Virus record (IMG/VR): IMGVR_UViG_3300033074_000580
Coordinates: 223,270-287,269 of that record
DNA length: 64,000 nt
DNA from: a virus
Taxonomy: Duplodnaviria > Heunggongvirae > Uroviricota > Caudoviricetes
Reading direction: 5' to 3' (one strand)
The translations under genes and the position numbers were made by a program. Of the stretch, positions 38,787-49,227 are shown piece after piece. Numbering within the stretch: position 1 is the stretch's first letter; every line of letters starts with the position of its first letter. The notes under the pieces were generated by a model, which saw only the letters and a program-made list of their open reading frames with translations, was not told where the DNA came from and ran no database searches.

Positions 38787-40269
38787 TTAAATCGTTTTGA
38801 CTTTGTGAATTATTTTGTCTTGCTAAGTTACGTTTCATAATATCTGGTTTATATTCACCAGTTTCCCATCCTTCCATACCACCACCTGATAATTTAACGT
38901 CAGGAATATACTCATCAACTTGAATTGAATCATACCATTCAATTAACATTGGGAAAGTTTCTCTAAAGTTTTTACCTCTTCTCTTATCATATTGTTCGTA
39001 GAAACTTTTGAAGTCGTGGAAGTGTTTATCCTTATCAAACTCAGCTCTTGCGTGACCTTGGTCAACAACATCAATATAATCAATTACTCTTTGTGTTTGA
39101 GTGATTTCATGTTCTAATAGTAAACCAGAATCTCTATTTTTATCTAACCAAACTTGAATCTTTTCTTTTGCCTCCATTTTAATGTGGTCAGGTAAATTCA
39201 ATGGTGACATAAAACCTGGCCATCTTAAGAAATTCAAATCCAATGTTGGTTTATTTGGTCCGTATTTTTTCTTTAATTCTAACATGTCATCCATAAATTC
39301 TGTGATAGACATTAAAGATAAACCAGTAACTGTCATCATAATAACGATTTGTCTAATGTTAGCCTCCTCAATCATTCTGATTACATTATTTCTCCATTTT
39401 TCATACTTTAAACCATCTCTCAAATATTCCGCATGTGCACCATATGATTCATTACTTGTGTAAATGTCAAATGATTCAATATCTAACGTATTAGTGGTTT
39501 CAATTAACTTATCTATCAACTCATCTTTAACACCTAAGTTAGAGTTAATGGATAGATTTAATTTAGGATATGGTTGTCCTTTAATTTGGTCTAAGAATCT
39601 CCAAAAGTTATGACTTGTTGAAGGTTCTCCTCCAGTGATTCTTAACGTTTGTAAATCTTTAGATAAGTCTGGCCACCATTTTAAAAATGCTTCAACATAC
39701 GGATTCTCACCAATAAATTTAGTTTCAGGGTCAGCCCAAGAACCATTTTGTTGGTAGGCACCTGCGGTCAATGTTTTAAATTTTTGATATGGTCCATGTT
39801 TATCAATATCTCTACCCCAAGTTGTTGAATAACTTGGATTACAATATGAACATGCAAAATTACAACTTCTATCAAATGATAATTCAACTGTTCTTAAATT
39901 TACATTTGCGTCCCAAGGTGTGTCTTTTAATATGTCAATATCTTCATGTTTGTATTCCATACTTCTGTAGACTCTATCAGAGATATTGTTTCTTCCAATA
40001 TCTTCAACTTTCCAACAGTATGAACATTCGGCAGGTCGTGTACCTTCCAACATCATCTTTCTCATTTTCTTTTTATGAGATGTATTGTGTAATGCCGATG
40101 GGTTTGTTTTTATTTCATCCACATCAATCGGGTGTGGTAATGGTAAAAAACAAGAACGACTATAACCACTACCTAAATCGATAGTTGCGTTATACCATTT
40201 TGCGGGACAGAAACTACAGCTTACTGAGTTTAATTTTTCCTCTTTAAATTTTAATAATCTTTCTGACAT
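38779..40269 (-). CDS. Radical SAM enzyme with N-terminal twitch-like domain
   Basis: FCPAKW...ECSYCW; CNFACSYC; TGGEP. Confidence 0.9.
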   Translation of the reverse strand: MSERLLKFKEEKLNSVSCSFCPAKWYNATIDLGSGYSRSCFLPLPHPIDVDEIKTNPSALHNTSHKKKMRKMMLEGTRPAECSYCWKVEDIGRNNISDRVYRSMEYKHEDIDILKDTPWDANVNLRTVELSFDRSCNFACSYCNPSYSTTWGRDIDKHGPYQKFKTLTAGAYQQNGSWADPETKFIGENPYVEAFLKWWPDLSKDLQTLRITGGEPSTSHNFWRFLDQIKGQPYPKLNLSINSNLGVKDELIDKLIETTNTLDIESFDIYTSNESYGAHAEYLRDGLKYEKWRNNVIRMIEEANIRQIVIMMTVTGLSLMSITEFMDDMLELKKKYGPNKPTLDLNFLRWPGFMSPLNLPDHIKMEAKEKIQVWLDKNRDSGLLLEHEITQTQRVIDYIDVVDQGHARAEFDKDKHFHDFKSFYEQYDKRRGKNFRETFPMLIEWYDSIQVDEYIPDVKLSGGGMEGWETGEYKPDIMKRNLARQNNSQSQNDLNG

Positions 40270-40270
40270 A

Positions 40271-41524
40271 TTATACTAGACTTTTAGGTATGTTATATAT
40301 TTTAGCTAATTCAGGGAAAGTTACATGAAATTGTTCATTTCTTAACTCGTCCAATTCTTTTGTTTGTCTTTTAAATTCTAACCAATCATTTGTTTCACCT
40401 TTAGTTGGTAATTTCAACATGTTAATTACCTTTTCTGCTTGATAAAGAAGGTTTGTTATAAACTCTCTATCTTTACCGTCAATTGACGCATCTCTAAGTA
40501 ACTCTTCTCTTCTTCTTGCCAACTCTGGTTCCAATATTGCCAATATTTTTGGTTTATATTCATCAGGCATGTAACCGATGTGTAAGTGTCTCGGATTGTG
40601 AACAAATGCTATCATAAGTTTTATTTTAGATTCAATTGCAAAATCCACAATATCGAAAACATATAACACATTTAACATTGAAATTGTTGAACATATTTCA
40701 AAAATAACTTCAGTTCCACAATCTTTTAATTTTTCTTGGTAATTTCTAATGTTTTCTTTTACATTTTCCCAATTTGCATAATATCTTAAAAATTCAAATC
40801 TTTTTCCAACACCGTCTAAACTAAAACCAATACGAATTTGTTGAAAATTCTTCATCAATTCAACATACTTGTCGTTTATGATTGTTCCGTTAGTATTGAA
40901 ACTCATTTGTTGTCTTTGTGCATATCCATTTTCAACACATTCTTGAATAATTTCCCATTGTTTTTTCATTAACATGGGTTCACCTCCATAAATGTCCACA
41001 GTTCTTACTGTTGGTAGAACTCTTCTTAATTCTTTCCACACTAAACTATCATCAGTAAATGCTCTTGAATATTTTATAACATAATCATCCAATTCTTTTT
41101 CTGTAATATGTGGTTCCAAAACTTTATGGAAATTTCTCCATTTGGACGATGCGGAAATGTGACAAATTCTACAAGATAGATTACAAGTGTTACCCAAATT
41201 CAATTCTAAAAAGAATAAATCGTTTTGGTCTCTTTCAGGAAACGCATTAAAGGTATCATTATCTCTTTGTCTTTTACTTACAAATCCAGCATCTTCGGCA
41301 TCCCAACATACTTTACATGCGGGGTGTCTAACATCATTTGCAAAATCTTTTAACATTTCTTGTCTTGTGACACTATTCAACGCATCATCTATCGTATGTT
41401 TACTAGCAACCATTAAATCCCCATTTTCATCTTTAAAAGGGTGATTAAATGTGTGACAACATGCAAAGTATGTACCTGCCGTTGCAATTCTAAGACCATT
41501 TGTAAGGTTCTTACACTCTATCAT
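40271..41524 (-). CDS. Radical SAM enzyme with N-terminal twitch-like domain (subgroup B)
   Basis: ACC...ACKVCW; CNLSCRIC; YGGEP. Confidence 0.9.
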   Translation of the reverse strand: MIECKNLTNGLRIATAGTYFACCHTFNHPFKDENGDLMVASKHTIDDALNSVTRQEMLKDFANDVRHPACKVCWDAEDAGFVSKRQRDNDTFNAFPERDQNDLFFLELNLGNTCNLSCRICHISASSKWRNFHKVLEPHITEKELDDYVIKYSRAFTDDSLVWKELRRVLPTVRTVDIYGGEPMLMKKQWEIIQECVENGYAQRQQMSFNTNGTIINDKYVELMKNFQQIRIGFSLDGVGKRFEFLRYYANWENVKENIRNYQEKLKDCGTEVIFEICSTISMLNVLYVFDIVDFAIESKIKLMIAFVHNPRHLHIGYMPDEYKPKILAILEPELARRREELLRDASIDGKDREFITNLLYQAEKVINMLKLPTKGETNDWLEFKRQTKELDELRNEQFHVTFPELAKIYNIPKSLV

Positions 41525-42537
41525 AATATTGTTAAATTATGTCTTATATTATTTGATTTTGGTAGTCTATTATAAATCTCTACCATATCCTTATATTCGG
41601 GGTGTTGTGGATTACCCACATCTTTTAATTTAAAAACAGAATCACTAAATGTACCCCAATTTACAATTCTATTAAAAAACACCATCCAATTTATTGGTGT
41701 CTCATCAAATATCTCTTCTGACATTTTATAGAACATTTCCATTTCTTTATAATTGGAATCTTGAACCACGAATGACATAGTAAGATATTCTAAACTTGGG
41801 ATTTTGGCAATGTATTTCAAATTCGTTTGAATATCTTCCCATTTACCTCCCAATCTTACCTTCTCATATGTTTCCTTTGTTGCTGCATCAACAGATATTT
41901 CCGCAGACTTAACAAATTTAGATATTCTACCCATACGAGTCCAATTAGATTCGTTCCAAAGTGTTCCATTTGTGTGTAAATGAATACTTTTTAAATTAGG
42001 ATATAAACTTGGGTCAAAGTCCATCATCCATTTTCTAAACGTTCTTGAAAAGAATGGGTCGCCAGAACCGGTACATTCGATATGTTCAAGATTCTCCGCC
42101 AAGTGAGTTTCAATGTTTTCTAAAATCAATTCGGTTCTATCTCTTTGTTCTCCCTCATAGTTAATTTTCTCCACTCGACAAGTTGGACATTGTAAATTAC
42201 AACTTTGGTCAAAATTAAATTTAACACTTTTAGGAACCGGATAATCGTATTGTTCTTTTATTTTTAAAAACTCTTCTTTTGGCATGAATCCCTCACTCTT
42301 ACCTTCTTTCAATCCAGTTAATTTAGGACATCTTGCTTCGATACAATATTTGTAACTACCATCTAACATACTTTCCCTAACTTGATTCGCTAAGGGTGAA
42401 TTCCATATGTCCGCAATGTTATTCGGGTCACCTAAATTTACGGGTAACCAATTTGGACAACACATATAAGTTTTGTAGTCAAAGAACTCAGTAAACTCAA
42501 ACGGCTGTAAACAAACAAAATCTTTTTTATTTAACAT
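41521..42537 (-). CDS. Radical SAM enzyme (subgroup A)
   Basis: MCCPNWLP; CNLQCPTC; GSGDPFFS; IHLHTNG. Confidence 0.9.
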   Translation of the reverse strand: MLNKKDFVCLQPFEFTEFFDYKTYMCCPNWLPVNLGDPNNIADIWNSPLANQVRESMLDGSYKYCIEARCPKLTGLKEGKSEGFMPKEEFLKIKEQYDYPVPKSVKFNFDQSCNLQCPTCRVEKINYEGEQRDRTELILENIETHLAENLEHIECTGSGDPFFSRTFRKWMMDFDPSLYPNLKSIHLHTNGTLWNESNWTRMGRISKFVKSAEISVDAATKETYEKVRLGGKWEDIQTNLKYIAKIPSLEYLTMSFVVQDSNYKEMEMFYKMSEEIFDETPINWMVFFNRIVNWGTFSDSVFKLKDVGNPQHPEYKDMVEIYNRLPKSNNIRHNLTIL

Positions 42538-43901
42538 TAGTATACGTTTTTCTTATCATCAATCGTTTTAGGTACTTCAACTTGTTGCTCTGGTAAACTT
42601 CTATCTCTAAAGAACGATTCTTCAGTTTCGTAGTTTTTTATCGTCGCTCTAATTTCTTTAAACCAATCTTTATATTGTGGGTTAATATCTAAGAAATTTT
42701 CATTTCTTCTTACATCTAAAATTGTTGTTACTCTTACTAATTCTCTTCTACTAATTTGAAGCTGTAATAAATCAACATTGAAATCGGAATATAAGAAATT
42801 AACCCAAGCTGTGATGGCGTTGTTAATTGCGTTTTTATATGGTCCATTAGGTAAACTATCACCATAATTTTCTAACTTTCTCATCAACTCTTCTTTCAAA
42901 TCTTCAGGAAGAATTCTAATGTCATAACATTGTGGGTCCGTTAGAAAATTATTGAATACGATATATTCTGGTTTAATTCCTAAATTAACAATCGTATCAA
43001 ATAAATCGGTAACATGAAATACGTTAATGATACTAACTGTTGGTGACACAAATACCTCAACACCACTACTTAAAGCGGTTTTAATATTGTTATGTACATC
43101 ATTCCATTTTGTACCGTTACGTGCTAATTCTGCAACAGGTCCAACAGCATCTAATGAGGCGAATAATTGAACCTTACCTTTAGGGTTATCAATAAATGGT
43201 TTCCACAGTTTTTGTAAATCCCATTTTTTAAATTGGATATGACTAAAATTGGTGTTGTATCGTAATAGTACGTCAGTTCTACCTGCTGCGATTAACTTTT
43301 CAAGTATGATATAATGTTCATCCATGATAAGTGGTTCACCTCCAGCAAAATAAATCTCTTCAACTTCATAAATGAATTTATCAACATAGTTCATGATGTC
43401 TTCTTTAGACTCACTTCTGAAGTTCATTAAACCATTGAATGATTTACCGTGTAATGCCATTTCATCGTCTACCCATTTACTGCTTGCAAATGTTCCACAC
43501 ATTCTACATTTGAAATTACAAATATTTGAAAATCTGAAATCCCAATATTTTAATGTGAATGTGTTACTGTGTCCTGTTTCGGGGTCTGTTTGACTAACTA
43601 AATTATCAACATCTTTTCTAAACTTATCAGTAAGATTAACTCTCGGACTAACCGCACCATTATCTTCCATCATATAACATCTGTTACAAAGCATTGGTCT
43701 TTCACCTTTTAACATTTTTTTACGAATGTTCTTCATAACAAATCCATTCCACACTTCTTCCAAAGTATCTTCTTTAGTGTTACCAATTGGCATATCATGT
43801 GGAGTCATGCAACAAGGTTGTATATTACCGTTTGGTTGAATCATTAAATGATTCCACGGTAAAATACAAAAAGTATCACTTACTGGTGTTTTTTTGTTCA
43901 T
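42537..43901 (-). CDS. Radical SAM enzyme with N-terminal twitch/SPASM domain (subgroup B)
   Basis: FCILPW...QPCC...CNRC; CNFKCRMC; AGGEP. Confidence 0.9.
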   Translation of the reverse strand: MNKKTPVSDTFCILPWNHLMIQPNGNIQPCCMTPHDMPIGNTKEDTLEEVWNGFVMKNIRKKMLKGERPMLCNRCYMMEDNGAVSPRVNLTDKFRKDVDNLVSQTDPETGHSNTFTLKYWDFRFSNICNFKCRMCGTFASSKWVDDEMALHGKSFNGLMNFRSESKEDIMNYVDKFIYEVEEIYFAGGEPLIMDEHYIILEKLIAAGRTDVLLRYNTNFSHIQFKKWDLQKLWKPFIDNPKGKVQLFASLDAVGPVAELARNGTKWNDVHNNIKTALSSGVEVFVSPTVSIINVFHVTDLFDTIVNLGIKPEYIVFNNFLTDPQCYDIRILPEDLKEELMRKLENYGDSLPNGPYKNAINNAITAWVNFLYSDFNVDLLQLQISRRELVRVTTILDVRRNENFLDINPQYKDWFKEIRATIKNYETEESFFRDRSLPEQQVEVPKTIDDKKNVY

Positions 43902-43902
43902 A

Positions 43903-44742
43903 TTAGATTAGTACTATTTTATCTCTAAGAATATTCCACTTAGAGTAATCATTAAAGTCAATATACGAAAAATTATCCAATTTTTCAAACATGTACTCAG
44001 GATTTTTTAAATCAACCACCCAATTACTTGATGCTAAGTTATCATATAATTTTTCGTATTCCCAAAACCAACTATATTCTATTCGAGTATCTGCAACTTC
44101 TTTAATTCTAACATTACACGTTGAGTCCCATTTGAAATGATGTACTTGTGTGAATACAATATCAATTGGCATACGTTTTCTGTGCCATCTACCCCAACTA
44201 TTTTTATTGTATCCAAAATCGGCATAATGTTGTCCTGACGTAATGTCTTGAGAACCTAACATTAAAGTTACTTTATTTGGACATGCGTTTGACATTGGGT
44301 ACCTAAAAAATCCCGCATATGGGAATAACTTGTGGATATCACTATCTCTTTCCACAATTGGGAATGTTCCTCCGTCACCCAATCTATCTAAAAATCCACC
44401 AGTAACAAATGTAAATTTATTATCTTCACATTCTTTGATTATATCCCTTATATCATATGGATATACTTGAAGTTCGTCATCGTCAGAAACAATCCACCAT
44501 TCGTCAGGTTTGGTACGTTTAATCTCATTATACATCTCTGTCACCTTGTTCCAATTATATTTTGGTTCGGTTACAACTAAAAATGGTTCAATTCCTAACT
44601 CTTTTACTTCTTCTAATATCCCATCTCCTTCGTGTTGTCTATAAACACCAACATATACTTTATCCACAATACTTTCATAGTGTTTTAACATATGTGGTAA
44701 TATATGTGTATTTCTTCCTACAACTGTAACTAAATTAAGCAT
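43903..44742 (-). CDS. GT2-like glycosyltransferase (GT-A)
   Basis: MLKHY, WWIVSDDDEL, and KVTL...GQH motif. Confidence 0.7.
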   Translation of the reverse strand: MLNLVTVVGRNTHILPHMLKHYESIVDKVYVGVYRQHEGDGILEEVKELGIEPFLVVTEPKYNWNKVTEMYNEIKRTKPDEWWIVSDDDELQVYPYDIRDIIKECEDNKFTFVTGGFLDRLGDGGTFPIVERDSDIHKLFPYAGFFRYPMSNACPNKVTLMLGSQDITSGQHYADFGYNKNSWGRWHRKRMPIDIVFTQVHHFKWDSTCNVRIKEVADTRIEYSWFWEYEKLYDNLASSNWVVDLKNPEYMFEKLDNFSYIDFNDYSKWNILRDKIVLI

Positions 44743-46147
44743 TGTTTGTTGTCATTTTTACATTTATGAATTTGGTGTTTGAATATAATGATTCATCGAT
44801 GTTATCAATCTCCAAAACATTCATAATTTGACTTAAACCATCTTCTTTATAATTTATTTTTCCTTGTTGCATTTCTGTAACAAATCTTCTTTCGTTTCTT
44901 GCGGTAGTCTCACCTTTTTTCCATCTGCCATTAACAAATCCCTCATCTTCATGTGGTAAACAATAAAACGAACCTTCTCTTCTATATGGTAATATGTTTT
45001 CAATAACCTCAATATCTTCTTCAGTTGTTAACACATTATTATAAATTGATTCATCATTAAATGTCATAATTGTATCATTCGAATCAAATACATCATTTAT
45101 GTTTTCAAAAAACCTATTGTACATTTTTACCTCGGCAATTTTACCTTTATAAAATGTGTTTGAATGATTGCAAAATCCAATCAAGAATGGTTTAATGGAA
45201 TCATGTGATTTTAATTCACCGTGAACAGGAAATGGTTCATTTTGTTTAATTCCATTCATTTGACAAATCAATTCATCATTTATATAAAAATAGATTTGAC
45301 TTTTTTCTTTTGAATATGATAAAGTAACCCAAGTCCATAGATGTTCAAATCTTTTTGCCCAATTATAAATTGGATGGTTTGACTTATCGTGGTATAACAT
45401 TGTCACCGCTCTTGAATTGTTAAATGATAAACCCCAAGTCCATGACCCGTCTTTTCTTAATAGTGGATACTCTATGAATCTTTTTTCTAAATCACCAACC
45501 AACCAAATTGGTACTTTATTTTCTTGTTGTTCTGCATTAAATAAAATTGATATGGTATGGTCATCTCTTAACGCAGAACTTATTTCCCTATTAGTTGGAA
45601 TTGCAACGTATGAGTTCTCACCAGTAAAATTTAAAACCTTCTTATTTTCATATTTTTTAAAAACTTTACCAGTTGTCATTCCCTCATAATAACATCTCCA
45701 AAAAAGGTCATCGTCTTCCTGACCCCAATCCCAATATTCATTTGAATAACCATTGGTTTCATAGGCTTGTTCTTTTGTGAATAGAACCACACCACCAAAG
45801 TATTGGTCGTAACCTAATCCATAATTATATTTTGATAATTTTGTTGCAATATGTATTGGGTTTTCTTCGGGATACGAATAATCCCCACCAATGTGACCTT
45901 CAATGTTATATGATAACATATCAACATCGTGCCAAGCAATGTAATCACAACCATCTTCAAATGCAACATGAGCTGCGATATTTTTCATTGCACCTCTGTT
46001 AAATAATTTGTCATCTATCTGATGTCCAACATAAAATGTATGTTCAATTCCTTGTTCAGTTAATTGTTTAGAAAGATGTGGTATCAATCTTTCAACATGT
46101 TCTTTTCTATTTCTGTATGGTATACATACACCTAATTTATGACTCAT
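44735..46147 (-). CDS. GT7 (beta-1,4-galactosyltransferase-like) enzyme with inserted LamG domain
   Basis: IPYRNR, FNRG, HDVD, YFGG, NGYSNEYWDWGQEDDD; then a LamG segment; then the GT7 tail (PHEDEG...DGL). Confidence 0.85.
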   Translation of the reverse strand: MSHKLGVCIPYRNRKEHVERLIPHLSKQLTEQGIEHTFYVGHQIDDKLFNRGAMKNIAAHVAFEDGCDYIAWHDVDMLSYNIEGHIGGDYSYPEENPIHIATKLSKYNYGLGYDQYFGGVVLFTKEQAYETNGYSNEYWDWGQEDDDLFWRCYYEGMTTGKVFKKYENKKVLNFTGENSYVAIPTNREISSALRDDHTISILFNAEQQENKVPIWLVGDLEKRFIEYPLLRKDGSWTWGLSFNNSRAVTMLYHDKSNHPIYNWAKRFEHLWTWVTLSYSKEKSQIYFYINDELICQMNGIKQNEPFPVHGELKSHDSIKPFLIGFCNHSNTFYKGKIAEVKMYNRFFENINDVFDSNDTIMTFNDESIYNNVLTTEEDIEVIENILPYRREGSFYCLPHEDEGFVNGRWKKGETTARNERRFVTEMQQGKINYKEDGLSQIMNVLEIDNIDESLYSNTKFINVKMTTNNA

Positions 46148-47565
46148 ATTGATACTACTACGTGTGTTTCTCCGTTTAAATTTGAATTACTTATTTCTCG
46201 ATATTTACAATTGTTTAATCCGTCTTCTTTTGTGTTTCGATAACCTTTAGCAACTTCATTGTAATATCTTAATTGATTATATCTTGTCGTGATATCTTTC
46301 CACGCACTTTTAACATATCCATTTTCTTCATGCCTCACCAGTCTAAATGTTGAGTCTCTCCTGTATGGTACATCGATTATTTTACTATCTTCATGTGTAA
46401 ATCCAACAATTTCACAATTAACAATTTTACCGTCATTTCCATTACCTGACAAATCCATCAATTTGTAATCTTTAATAAATTTACAATCATAATACATTTT
46501 TAAATTGTTTTGGGATTGGTAATCACCAAATGGTTGTGTTAATGCAAAATATTGATTCGTTGAAATTTCTTTAATTTCATTCTCGGTTAATATTTTATTA
46601 AACGCAGCGAATGATGTGATAACCCCTTTAAAAAATTTAGGGTCCACATCATTATTTGGGTTTGTACAACCCAAAAATAATTTTTCAACCCTTCTATAAT
46701 TGTATAATCTATCTTCAAATATTTTTGTTCCAACCAACTCACCGTCCTGATACATTGAAAATGTTTTTTGTTTAGGGTCAATCGTTACACATATTGAAGT
46801 TTTATAGTTTGTTTTAATATTTGAATTGATATACATAATGTTTTCATTTGCATCATACATTTCAAAATTATATCTCGAATATGAATTATAATTTACTGTT
46901 AAATCAAATCCCGGTATACCAAATACGGAATAGGTGTCATCATATTTTTCATGATTTAATGTTAAATCATCCGGATAAAAATTAACAAAGAATGTAACAG
47001 GTTCAACAAAGTTTATATTATTTTTTAATTCAACATAAGCATCATTTCCATTAAATCTCAATGCCGCAGTGTTACCACCCATCATTTTGATTTCTTTTTT
47101 ATCTAATTCAATACCACTAATTTTACATCTATGTAATAAATCAGTATCTTCATATCCCCAACCCCAATATTCATTAGAATATCCATTTATTTCTTCAAAT
47201 GCACTCATTGGGAATATAGTTACACCTCCGAAATAATCATCAAATATGATTCTTGTGAAATCACCATCAGGTTCAAAATTTGTTGCTAAATGTATGGGAA
47301 CATCCGAATATGAATAGTCAACATCAACAGGTAACATATCCACATCATGAAATACAACGTAATCACAATTTAATTTCTTGGCATATTTAAACCCAATGTT
47401 TAATAATTTACCTCTATTAAATGTTTTTGCGTCATCTTGGTCAACAATTATAATTTCAAATTTTATTTTTTTTGAATTTAAATAATTTCTGATTGCAGAT
47501 TTGAAATTTATTAGTTGTTGATAACGTCTTCTATATGGAACTACAACACCTAATTTCTTATCCAT
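46144..47565 (-). CDS. GT7 (beta-1,4-galactosyltransferase-like) enzyme with inserted LamG domain (tandem paralog)
   Basis: VPYRRR, FNRGKLLNIG, FHDVD, NGYSNEYWGWGYED; LamG insert; GT7 tail (RHEENG...DGLN). Confidence 0.85.
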   Translation of the reverse strand: MDKKLGVVVPYRRRYQQLINFKSAIRNYLNSKKIKFEIIIVDQDDAKTFNRGKLLNIGFKYAKKLNCDYVVFHDVDMLPVDVDYSYSDVPIHLATNFEPDGDFTRIIFDDYFGGVTIFPMSAFEEINGYSNEYWGWGYEDTDLLHRCKISGIELDKKEIKMMGGNTAALRFNGNDAYVELKNNINFVEPVTFFVNFYPDDLTLNHEKYDDTYSVFGIPGFDLTVNYNSYSRYNFEMYDANENIMYINSNIKTNYKTSICVTIDPKQKTFSMYQDGELVGTKIFEDRLYNYRRVEKLFLGCTNPNNDVDPKFFKGVITSFAAFNKILTENEIKEISTNQYFALTQPFGDYQSQNNLKMYYDCKFIKDYKLMDLSGNGNDGKIVNCEIVGFTHEDSKIIDVPYRRDSTFRLVRHEENGYVKSAWKDITTRYNQLRYYNEVAKGYRNTKEDGLNNCKYREISNSNLNGETHVVVSI

Positions 47566-47761
47566 CTATTGTTGGGTCTTTTGGTTTTGTTGTTTTATGC
47601 CATTCAGCTAAATAATATTGAACCCTATCCCCCCATTCACCTTTATCGATTTCTTCGAACCATAATGTAAGAGCGTCTAATGAGTTTGCAATCTTTTCAA
47701 GTGCCTTTACTTTTCTTTGTTCAAGTAGTAATTGCTCTTGGTCTTTTTCTTCCTGTGTCAT
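47558..47761 (-). CDS. Hypothetical protein (67 aa)
   Basis: Clean ORF packed in the operon. Confidence 0.65.
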   Translation of the reverse strand: MTQEEKDQEQLLLEQRKVKALEKIANSLDALTLWFEEIDKGEWGDRVQYYLAEWHKTTKPKDPTIDG

Positions 47762-47767
47762 ATTGAA

Positions 47768-48496
47768 CTATTTTTTTCTGTTAATAATCGTAATTCCGCT
47801 TGATGATGGTTTTGTAGGTAATATACGAAAATTAAACAAATTTATCAAGTTCCACTCAGGATTTTCCTGTAATTCTTCAATTAGTTTTGATGGTCCGTCA
47901 AACCTATGATGATAAGGTTTAGATTCTTCTGAAACAATAAGACTTTCTTCATAATCTTTATCTGTGTCGTGTATAATAATGATACCATTTTCTGACAAAA
48001 TGGTTGAATATAAATCAAAATCTAATTTTACTCCTTCATATGAATGGTCACCATCTATGAATAGTACATCGATTTTTATATCTTGTGGAACAAAGAAATT
48101 ATAGTATGCATTTTCAGATGTTTCTTTAATAAAACGTGGACCAAACTCTCTTCTATAAAATGATTCTTCGTCACTAACAGTTGATGGCCCACCGATATTG
48201 TTACAAGGGTCAACTAAATAAGTTGCACCAATGTCTCCCCAATTTGGATTGTCATTCCCTTCAAATATTTGTTGGTAATGTAACTCTTGTCTGGCAAGTG
48301 TCATGATACGTGGAATGAATCCACCACCAGAACCAATACAAACACAAGTTTTAGCTCTCATGTGTTGAATGATTGAATATACTAACAAACCATCACCCAT
48401 ATGCATATCGGTTGCACCGTGTGTCCATCGATATGGAATCGGTTTGTCTTCGTCAGTTGTGACATTTCGTTTAATATATCCGTAATTTCCTATCAT
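47768..48496 (-). CDS. Methyltransferase (Methyltransf_24-like)
   Basis: CVCIGSGGG, IDVLFIDGDHSYEGV and GIIIIHD. ATG at 48496 overlaps the upstream TGA. Confidence 0.85.
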   Translation of the reverse strand: MIGNYGYIKRNVTTDEDKPIPYRWTHGATDMHMGDGLLVYSIIQHMRAKTCVCIGSGGGFIPRIMTLARQELHYQQIFEGNDNPNWGDIGATYLVDPCNNIGGPSTVSDEESFYRREFGPRFIKETSENAYYNFFVPQDIKIDVLFIDGDHSYEGVKLDFDLYSTILSENGIIIIHDTDKDYEESLIVSEESKPYHHRFDGPSKLIEELQENPEWNLINLFNFRILPTKPSSSGITIINRKK

Positions 48497-49221
48497 TTCA
48501 TCCAATCAGGCCAAAATTCTGGTCTTGTATATTTTCTACTTACACTTATCATTTTATCTTTTGTTAATTCATACAATTCTTCGTCCTTCTGAATTACACT
48601 ATTCGATAATTTAGTGGCAATTGACATTGATATTCCTTCGCCCGCACCGCACACTTGTTTATTCATTGTTAAATCTGAAAAATCTTTAGCTATTTGTAGT
48701 TTTTCATAGTGATGATAAAATTCTTTACTATTAAATCCTTCTAAATTAAAAACTAAGAAATACTCCCAAATCATTTCCATATCAGTAAATGTTGGGTGTA
48801 ATTTTTCAGCATATGTTTTGTATGAATTCCACTCTAAATTATCTGTAATGATTTCTTTTACAAATTGTTTTTTTGCCGGATGATTCAATAATGTATCAAC
48901 ATATGAAATACCATTTTTAAAATTATATGTTTTTAAGGTATCAAAAATAGAATAATCCGTAATATGTAAATCTGCATCTAACAATAATGCAATATCATGA
49001 TATCGATGTATGTATTTGACTATGGTTAATTTATCATGATATGATTTTATTTCGTTAGTGTATTCAATTACATTAACAAAATAGTCATTAAACTTTTCAG
49101 TTTCGTTTGTTAGAATATACACAGGTATATTCCTATTGGTTAATTCTATAATTTTTTCTTTTGTTCCCTTAAAATAATAATCTTCTCCGAAACAAAAAAT
49201 CCCTACACCTATATTGTTCAT
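48493..49221 (-). CDS. Hypothetical protein, possible GT-A fold
   Basis: YILTNE...YHDK...LLLDAD DxD-like motif. Confidence 0.45.
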   Translation of the reverse strand: MNNIGVGIFCFGEDYYFKGTKEKIIELTNRNIPVYILTNETEKFNDYFVNVIEYTNEIKSYHDKLTIVKYIHRYHDIALLLDADLHITDYSIFDTLKTYNFKNGISYVDTLLNHPAKKQFVKEIITDNLEWNSYKTYAEKLHPTFTDMEMIWEYFLVFNLEGFNSKEFYHHYEKLQIAKDFSDLTMNKQVCGAGEGISMSIATKLSNSVIQKDEELYELTKDKMISVSRKYTRPEFWPDWMK

Positions 49222-49227
49222 AGGTAT

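Noticed and set aside
526-48592. Numerous 60-130 aa ORFs antisense to or nested in larger genes (e.g. 526-714, 6738-6959, 13381-13710, 33034-33417, 39789-40184)
   Set aside because: They fully overlap well-supported genes and show no motifs; expected by chance in this composition.
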